The notes under the pieces are model-generated. The model was not told the DNA's origin and made no database searches. It saw only the letters and a program-made list of their open reading frames with translations. A program made the translations under genes and the position numbers. This document shows, one piece after another, positions 14,901 through 24,944 of a stretch of 64,000 bases of DNA. The stretch comes from Haliotis cracherodii (lineage: Eukaryota): contig NW_027266275.1 of assembly GCF_022045235.1 (NCBI RefSeq), forward strand, positions 80,042,001-80,106,000, written 5' to 3'. The stretch's first letter is position 1. Every line of letters begins with the position of its first letter.

Positions 14901-17900
14901 ATGGGTGACGTAAAATAAAAAGAGCTAAACGTGTTTCCTGACAAAGAGAGGTGGACGTGTTTCATGATGCATGAAACTGTCCCCTGAAATGTAAGGTGCT
15001 TAAATACAATCAGTGATAGTAACATGATACTGGTCAATGAAGGAGTGGTGGAGAGAAGGTGGTGAGAGATCAGATTGGGTGGCGATGGGTGAGGTTAGAG
15101 GTACTTGAAACTAGTAATGTCCCCTGAAATGTAAGGTGCTCACATACAATCAGTGATATTGACATGATACTGGTCACTGAAGGAGTGATGGAGGTACTAG
15201 AGTGAGAGGATGGTGGGTGGGGATCGACGGAAAACACGGTATGTCCTCTGAAACAAAAGATACCTGAACTAATGGCAATCAGTAACGGTGACCATGAGAT
15301 ACTTGGCATGTTCTAATGTCAGCGCTGGAGTGGGGCGGACGGGGACGTTCATTGCTCTGGACTATCTGATGGACCAGGCTGAGGCAGAGCACAGGGTGAA
15401 CGTGTTCCAGTGTGTGTCAAGGATGAGACAGGCCAGGATGAACATGGTCCAGACCGTGGTGAGTTCATTCCTATCTTAGTAAATGCAACAAGCATCACGT
15501 TATGATTGGCAGACTATAAATATATAGAAACACGCATAGTTTATTGCCTGACTGAAACGTGCTTCTGTATCTAATATATACTAATATATATATTAGTATA
15601 AACTCTCGCTTTTTCGTACGCTTTTCGGACCGAGGAATGTACAGTGGTAGTGATTGGTCTATTCCAGGTATACGCCGTGTGATCACAACAAGGATACATA
15701 GCTATAGAATAAGGATATGATATGGGTATGGGTATGATATGAATATGATATGGATATCGCTATGATATTGATATGGATATGGGTATAGATATAGATATAG
15801 ACATAGATATATGGATATGGATATACAAATATATATGATATGGCTATGGGTATAGAATGCCTTAACCGCAAGGCTAATCGACCGCCGTCATGATTATAAT
15901 TGGTTGGTTTGTTGTTTAACGCCACACTCAGCAATATTCCAGCTATATGACGGCGGTCTGTAAATAATCGAGTCTGGACCAGACAATCCACACCATTGAT
16001 CATGAGCATCGATCCATGCAATTGGGATCTATGACATGCATGAACCAAGCCTGCGAGCCTGACCACGCGATCCCGTTAGTCGCCTTTTACAACAAGCATT
16101 GGTTGCTGAAGACCAATTCTACCCTGGATCTACCCTGGATCTTCATGATTATGATATGGATATGGATATGGATATGGATATGGATGTATATGGATAGATA
16201 TGATATAATATGATATGATATGATATGATATGGATCCTTCTGTTTCTCCATCACCAGCATCAGTACGAGTTCCTCCACCTGGTGGTGCTGGAGGCTGTCA
16301 ACAACAGAGGCACGTGCTACACCATTGCAGAGTTTCAGCAGATGTTTGAGTGTCTAAACAACAGAAATATAAACTCAAAGCTGAAGAAGGAATTCAAGGT
16401 TTGCAATAACAAATTCGTGACATTCGTTAAGGCTCAGGTCATAGTGGCCTGGAAAGGCACGAGTTATATAATTTAAGAATCACATTGTCAACATAAATAC
16501 GTCTCTATGTTAAACTACGCTGACACATTAACCCCATACACAATCACACAGACTAACATCTAGTCTCTGAAATGAACATATCGTACAGAAAAAAACAGTT
16601 GTTAAATTATCTTAATAAAAAAATAATAAATACACGTGTATGTCTGCATTCTGATGACCCGAGGTGTCCAAAGTAAACACATAGGTTCTACCTGGAGTTT
16701 CAATAAGTACATTGTATATTATTGTCATATAGAAAACAACGACAATCATCACATTGTACCCGCCCTGATAGAGGTGCAATATAGGCTTACTGAGGCGTGA
16801 CTAGTATGTGACTAGTACCTGTGAAGATCCGGGGTAGAATAGGTCTTCAGCAACCCATGCTTGTCGTAAAAGGCGACTATATGCTTGCCGTAAGAGGCGA
16901 CTAACGGGATCGGGTGATCAGACTCGCTGACTTGGTTCATGCATGTCATCGCATCCCAATTGCGTGGATCGATGCTCATGATGTCAATCACTGGATTGTC
17001 TGGCCCAGGCTCGATTATTTACAGACCGCCGTCATATAGCTGGAATATTACTGAGTGCGGCGTTAAACAACAAACAAACAAAACTTGTATGTGCTGAGTT
17101 ATGTTTTTCTAGATGTTCCATACTCAAAGACCACATTTGGAGAAGAAAGACGTGTCCGATGCTCTTCTTCCTGAAAACGTTTCAAGGAATAAGACCATCC
17201 TTCCAGGTATGAGATGTCACGTAAGAGGATGTCCTTCTGCCTATATTAGTATCAGCATCTGATGCAACTTACGACTGTGCTGTTTGTAACGTCAAATAAA
17301 ATATGTATTTATCGCAGCTAACAAGTCTCGACCGTATTTGTCAACACCTGTTGAAGGCTACAACAATTACATCAACGCTGTACTTCTACCGGTATGTCGA
17401 CCTCACTTATTTGTGTTTTACACTCATCATTCAAATGACCAATAACCATCGTCGTAGTTCACATCACATAGGAACGCTGCTTTACTGACTCACAAAGAAA
17501 TAATACTCATGTTCCAACTTTCAACGATTTCTAATGTGAAGTTTCAACATATCATCCAGTTTCCTCAAAATATATATTTCCTCCACCGCCAGTCCGTGAT
17601 GAGGTCCTCCATGCTGATCGCTACTCAGACGCCCATGGAGAACACCGTGGTGGACTTCTGGAGACTGGTGCACGATCACGACTGCTTCACCATTGTGTGT
17701 CTGGATGATTCACAGGTAACGTGAACACCCTACACTTCTTTGCGGTTGTGGGGAAGACCCGGGTTCGATTCCCGACATGGGTACAATATGTGAAGTCCAT
17801 ATCGGGTGTCCCCCTCCGTGATATTGCTGGAATATTGCTAAAAGCGGCTTTAAACCATACTCGCTCACTCTTTGCAGTTGTTCTCTTGTTTCACGTCACT

Positions 17901-20900
17901 GAATATATCATATTCATGGTGTAAAGGATATTGTTATGGATACGATGAACCGATCCGATAAACTTGGTGTCACGAAGTATTACATACGAACATTAGGTCA
18001 TCTAACAGCAACTACTTTCAATAAGCTCCATACATGGATGCGACGCCGACTTGCTTAATACCCTATTGCCTAATGTTGCGAATACGTTTCGATAGGGGGT
18101 GTCCTATGTGTGAAGCGGGGGTTGGCCAGTCCACTGTTTATGTAAACAAACACGGCTGTCTACTGAAAAACCATCTGCGATACTGTCAGAATTGTGGAGT
18201 TGGTAAAATCACTGTAGTGATAGAGTGAAAGAGTTTGCGAAAAGGGGAGAGAATCCTTTGTAGGACGAACATAATATGGAGATGGTATCCAACTAGCAAA
18301 CATACTGACACGAGTTGATAGAGGTGCCAAAGCTTCCTGGCAGGTTTCGGGTCAAGATGTTCATGACATTATCAACACACATCTACAATATTTTATCATT
18401 TGAAATATATCTTGACCCTCAAATTAAAAACAGAAATATTCAGGATATTCCAGTAGACGAACTTCCTCCTATCCTGTCAAAATATTTTATCAGCGTTACT
18501 AAAAGAGATGTTATTGACTATGACCCTTCCACTCTGAGATCTTACATTTCAAGCAAAGGTCGACATCTTAACTAAACTTGGCTATGAATTTGTCAAGGTT
18601 TGAGGGGTATTGAAATCTAGACAAATACAGGTAAAAACAGGGTAAAGGCAACTTAAAGAGTCGAAGTGAACCTGCATCTAACAAGAAAATAGCTATCCTC
18701 TGGGACAACAAAGAACTTGGAATTCGAAAAACCTCGATCATGAATTCAACGCAGTACCCTTTGATCTCCGTGGTTGTGATAAACACAGAAAGATATTCCC
18801 CAGGAACCGATTCAAACGAGGTCAAATACCAGTACTTAAGTTGCAAGAACGTACAGGTGATACTCCAGGCGATGTGAGGAATGTAATGCCCAAATAGTTG
18901 GCCAGTATGGAATATCCTAACAAGTGTCCAGCTACCATATAAAACACTGTACTAGTCCTGACCTCCCTCTGATGGTATGCATAGATGATCCCTTTCACGT
19001 GGCCACAAACACTTGACAAGTCAATTCAGTCCATTGATAAAGCCACATGGTTCCGTCGTCAACCCATCAGTGAGAACAAACTCAAATCACTCATGAAAGT
19101 AATGTGCGCTGCTTCGACCATACAGTCATCGAGGAAGTTATTTAAATTTATTGATGAGTCTCGACAATGTAGAAGTTTGTCTTATCACACCAGAAAATTC
19201 AAAGTAACAGTTATGTCTCGCTTAAGGCTAGCATGAAACAGGCTTTGAAATCTTTACAAATATGATATTTACTATACGGAAACACACGAAGTTAATCATC
19301 TTTTAACTAATAGTATCTATTTATGACTTAGCTTATAGTATTTATAGTAGGCGTGTCAAGCAAGCCCTCATTGGCTGACACAGTCGAGAAACGTGTCAAT
19401 ATAATGTATGACGTGACATGAATCACTTTCGACATTACAAGCTAAATATGTCTCATAGTTTCCGGTATATAATTATATATTAAGAGAGCATTCTACTAAC
19501 TACGATGCATTGGGGATTGTCTGTTCAGAGTGAATTCATTCTGTGAGTTCCGAGTCTTGGCGTGGAACCTTCAACATTAAGTCATGAGGGATAGATGATA
19601 CGTAATTCCGAGTTGCGAGTACGTTTTGTTAATGTATGCCGTTGTCCCGGTATAAACTCTGCCCCGTACAAATTCTCCTCCCGGAGATTTTATACCGGTA
19701 CAGATTCTCCCCCGGAGAATCTGTTCTGAAATAAAATCTCCCCCGGGCGGATATGTTTCGCGCCCCCCTCAGTATAAAGTCTCCCCCCTGATTATTCGGT
19801 TTATTGCAATGTCTTTAAGTACTATATTCTTTAAATAGTTATCTTTAATGTAGGGAGGGTTACTTTAAAAATAGATTATGAAATATGGTCATAATGAATT
19901 GATATTTTGCCCACCCGATTGACTGATATTACAACATTCACATGGTTTAGAACGGTACAATGAATGGTAAAGCATGCAAATAACACTAATACGCGATAGT
20001 GTATAAGAAAATATCATATCTCCGTTAAAACATAAAAACAATATTTATGAGTCTACATATTGATATAAGACTTTATCACTGTATCCAATTCCAAAATTTT
20101 AGATATAAACTTTCGGACAGTTCAGTTCAAAATTCTTCAACCTTTAATACATCACAGGATTTGTAGCTAGACGACGGGAATCTACAGTCTTGACTGTGTG
20201 TTTTCTTTGATGAGAATGTTTCTCACCGACCTTAGCGTGTAGGGATGTGATGTCCTGGGCAGGAAATGACAGTGTTTTGACATTAATTAACGTGTTGGAC
20301 ATCCCTAATTAACCTTTACTAATTCATGTTAAACCAACACAGGATGTTTTCTGGAAGTGGACAATCGCGAATGCCATAGAGCTGACACGACATGTGTTAA
20401 TAACTGTCCTAGAACTTCTAAAGTTACTAAACAATCTTTATACCTAACGACTAGCATATAAACTAAACATCGTCTCTATCAGAAGCCAGCTAAACAACCA
20501 AACAATCAAATTTCAAAAACAAACCAAATTCTTAGGACTTATTTTCGATAAACATCTCACCTGGGATGCTCACATTCAAAACATAACAACTAAATGCAGT
20601 AAAGACCTAAACGCGCTAAGATGCCTAACTTGCTCTAACTGGGGAGTTTGAATACTATTCCTGTTGTTTTTTCTGAGTTTTAATGCTTTTAGTGCGGATC
20701 ATCCGCGAATTTTGATGTGTTTAGTTTAGGGGATAGGCCATCGAATAGATCGTTTATCATTATATTGAAGAGGGTGGGGCTGAGGATACTGCCCTGGGGA
20801 GTGCCATTTTCTAGGGGACATTGGTCCGATAGTGTTTGGTCTATACTCACGGTTATTTTACGATTGTTTAGGAAGTCCTGGATGTAGTTTATTATCTGAC

Positions 20901-23900
20901 CTTTGAGTCCTATTTTTTAAAGTTTTTGTATTAGCCCGTCGTGCCATACCATGTCGAAAGCTTTAGAGAAGTCTAAGAAGATGCCTGTGGTATATTGTTT
21001 ATTTAGTTGTCCTCTCTTAATATCTTGCTCTAGTCGGGCGAGGTTATCTAGGGTTGAGCGGCCAGGAGTGAAACCGCTTTGATCTGGGTTTAGTGCCTCA
21101 AATACAATCACACTGCCTCCCAATGCACATACCCTAAAACTAAATGTAAAAAAAATGCGCACAAACAGACTGCCCAGGCACATGCACACCCTGGTGCATC
21201 CACTGCAAATCCATCCAACACACTTCACTTTCAAATCAATGCCCACACAGACACACACTCACCGAGCAGGCCAACAAACACATTAACATAGACACGGCCA
21301 AAATCCAAACACGAAAATTTGCTACACCCGCATCCAAACCACTCCTCCCTACACCACACCCAAACACCATCCCACAAACAAACACCACACCCATAACCGA
21401 CAGCTCTGTCTGGGGCCCCTACCGAGAAACTGCACCCACCTCACACACACAAGCAGCCACTCAACCAACCACGAACCCTCCGACATCTCAACATAGCCAA
21501 AACATCAACCCCCGCATGCAAAACAAACCACAACACGACCCTCATCCAAGCACCCTACAGCCCACATGGTAACAACACTCCCCCACAAGCAAGCACAACA
21601 ACAAAACACAAACACTAAGAAATCCACAGCTACACCCATCCCGCAAACACCTACACAACCCTCGACATCACATGCCTCCCCTATGGAAACTCAAACAGCT
21701 AAACCTAATCTAACCGATGACGAAGATTCGAAAAAATCCTCACCTTACTCCTAGTATACATGCATAGTCAAAACTCACCAATAGCTATCATGAAATCCTT
21801 CCACAAAGTAGCTTTCAATCTAAAACTAACCCATCTTCCCTTCTTCCTCTTTAACCTCCATCTAAAAGAAGTCACCGAATAAAATAAAAACTAAAAACTA
21901 AATCACCAATCACCCGAACCCAATAATGGAAGGACTAAATATTTTTCAGTGGAACGCCAACGGACTCACCTCCCACGGCCATGAACTAAAAACTAAATTT
22001 AAACTAAATAAAGGCCCTCACATTGCTTGTATCCAGGAAACCAAATTCTCAAAAAAATCCAAATTCACACTATCTAACTACAACTCAGTTAGAACTGACA
22101 GAGCTAAACCAAAAACAAGAAGAGCCGCAGGAGGACTAATCAGATATAAAGATATAAATTACGAAGAAATAAAAATAGACACGCCAAACCTAGAAGCCAA
22201 CGGCAATAAAATCACATTATATAACCGAAAAATAAACATCATAAATATATACCACTGGGCGGAACAAAAAGTCCAACCTGAGGATCTAAACAAACTACTC
22301 AAAATAAGCGATAGATCTACTATATTCCTAGGAGACTTTAACGCTCACCATCCTACATGGAGCATAGATGATAAAATAGATAATCATCGCAAATTAATTT
22401 CCGAATGGATAGAAACAAACGACCTAGTACTCCTAAATAACAACCAACCCACGAGGTACGATAAGATAAACCAAAAAATGTCGGCTATCGACCTAACCAT
22501 ATGCACCGCAGATCTAGCTCAAAGTACTCAATGGGAAGTGCACGACGTCCCTCTAGGTAGTGACCACTTCCCCATAAACATAACCATAGGAAATACAAAC
22601 GTACCAATCCAAACAGAAAACCAAGAACCAAAATTCCATTACAATAAAGCTAACTGGGACCAATTCGAAGATATCTGCGTAAATCAGCCTTCAATAAAGC
22701 AACACGCGACTACAAACATCTAAACATAGCCCACGAACTAAACCACCTGGTTAAAAAACTAGTCCAAAATAGCCAAAAGTAGAGACTGGAAAAAATTCTG
22801 CGAAGGTATGAATAACCGTACTGATGCCAGAACGGTCTGGCGCAAAATCCACGCCATTAGAGGCTTAAAACGACATAAAAAAACTAATATTAACAACTCA
22901 ACCAACCCCGCCCAAAAAGCAAATAATCTCGCCAACCACTTTTCAGCCGTTAGCAGTAACACCAACTTCAGCCAAAAATTCCAAGATAAACTTAAAACAA
23001 AAAACAAACCCACAAAAGAACCAAACAATAACAATCTAGAAATAAACCAACCCTTCACAATGGAGGAGCTCCTCTACGTAATCCAAAACAGGAAAAAGGG
23101 CACAGCCCCAGGATTTGACCTAACTTCTTACCAAATAATTAAAAATCTCCCGCTAAAACTACTCCAGGCACTACTCAAACTATACAATCTCATCTACCTA
23201 AACGGACAGGTTCCTACTCCCCGGAAACAGGCCCTAGTCATAACAATCCCTAAACCCAATAAACCAGCTAATCAAGCTAACTTATATAGACCAATATCCC
23301 TAACTTCAAACTTATGCAAAGTAATGGAATCAATGGCTAAAAATAGATTACAACATTACCTAACCCAAAATAACATCAACTATTGAACTGCATGGCAAGT
23401 ATTTATAAAACGACCGGGGGAGGAAATATTCTGGGGGGAGATTTTATTTCGTAGGGTGGGGGAGAGTTTATTTCGAGAGGGGCGGAACTGTACCGGTATA
23501 AATTCGCCGGGGGGAGATTTTATTCTGGGGGCGAATATATTTCGTGACGCCGTCATCTTCAAACAATCTTCAAGTTGTTCATACGAAGTTACGTTGCTAT
23601 GGGACAATGGAATCCATGTGAAATAATTAGAACGAAAAAGCAAATCAGTATCAAACAAAAACTATTAAGCTCAGTGGGCAGTACTGAAATAAAATCGCCT
23701 TATGTGGTGGTGACATGGGCGTATTAGCTGTGTCGTGTCTGGGGTCAGTGATGATTATGTATGTCGACAAACACGTATAACATATTATCATATAATGGGT
23801 AGGTTTCTCGGCAGGATAAAGCCAACGGATAAAAACGATATCCGTTGGGGTCATATGCGGATAAAGATGCAAATATCAAAGGTCAAGTAGGGACTACTTT

Positions 23901-24859
23901 CACTGTTTATAAACAAACATGGCGTCGCCCTCGTCATCTGGCGATCGAGTCAGAATTAACCATCGGGGATCTGGATAAGCTACAGGGATGATTGTTATTA
24001 TCAAAAGAACAGTCTAATATACTGAAAATCAGTGTCTAACTGTGACGTAGCTAAGGCATTTTATAAGTTTTGGCAACTTTGGAGATATAAATTTCGAAAC
24101 AATTTTGCGAGGGCACGAGGCCTAGCCAAGCGGGATCAGTAGCCATATCTGTGCTTGTAGACCTCTGCGGCTTGAAACCTTCTCTACAAATTAAAATAGT
24201 TGGATTTTGAACCAAATATGTTTGAATTGTTACCTTGTTTCGTTTTGTCGCTGTGTGTACATCTGACTACACTTCTTAACGTTATGACAGACCGACTGTC
24301 AACAACGTCTGACCGTGGCCGTGACGTCTCATAGACTAGGGTTAGAGTGGCTTCCCTTTGACAAAGGGCAGTTACTCTAGCGGACAGACCGATGGATTGC
24401 CGCGAAAGGAAAATATAAACCATTGTTGTTTTGCGTATATGTTGCTTCGCCACTGTATAAGAAACGGATTTCAGTTGGAACTATATTGGCTACTGTCACT
24501 GTCCGACTGACCCATCACTTACCCTATGACGTAATATATATTAATGCGCGCATTCCAGGAAAACTCGCTATGTTTCGGTAATGTTTGTGAGAGAGGGAAA
24601 GCGATTTTGAAGCACAGAATTAAAGAATGACATTATATGATAAAGAGGTTATCACGCTTGTGTGTTTGGGGATGGTAAATAACCTGTATTAGGAATAAAC
24701 ACTATGTATTTAGCTCGCCAAGGCTCGCTAAATACAATGTTTATTCCTAATGCAGGATATTTACCATCCCCAAACACACTCGCGTGATAACCTCTATGTG
24801 TGCCGTTGTATATTGTTGACAGTAAATAGGGGCGTTTATCTTTCATACCAATACCAATA

Positions 24860-24944
<85 letters not shown>

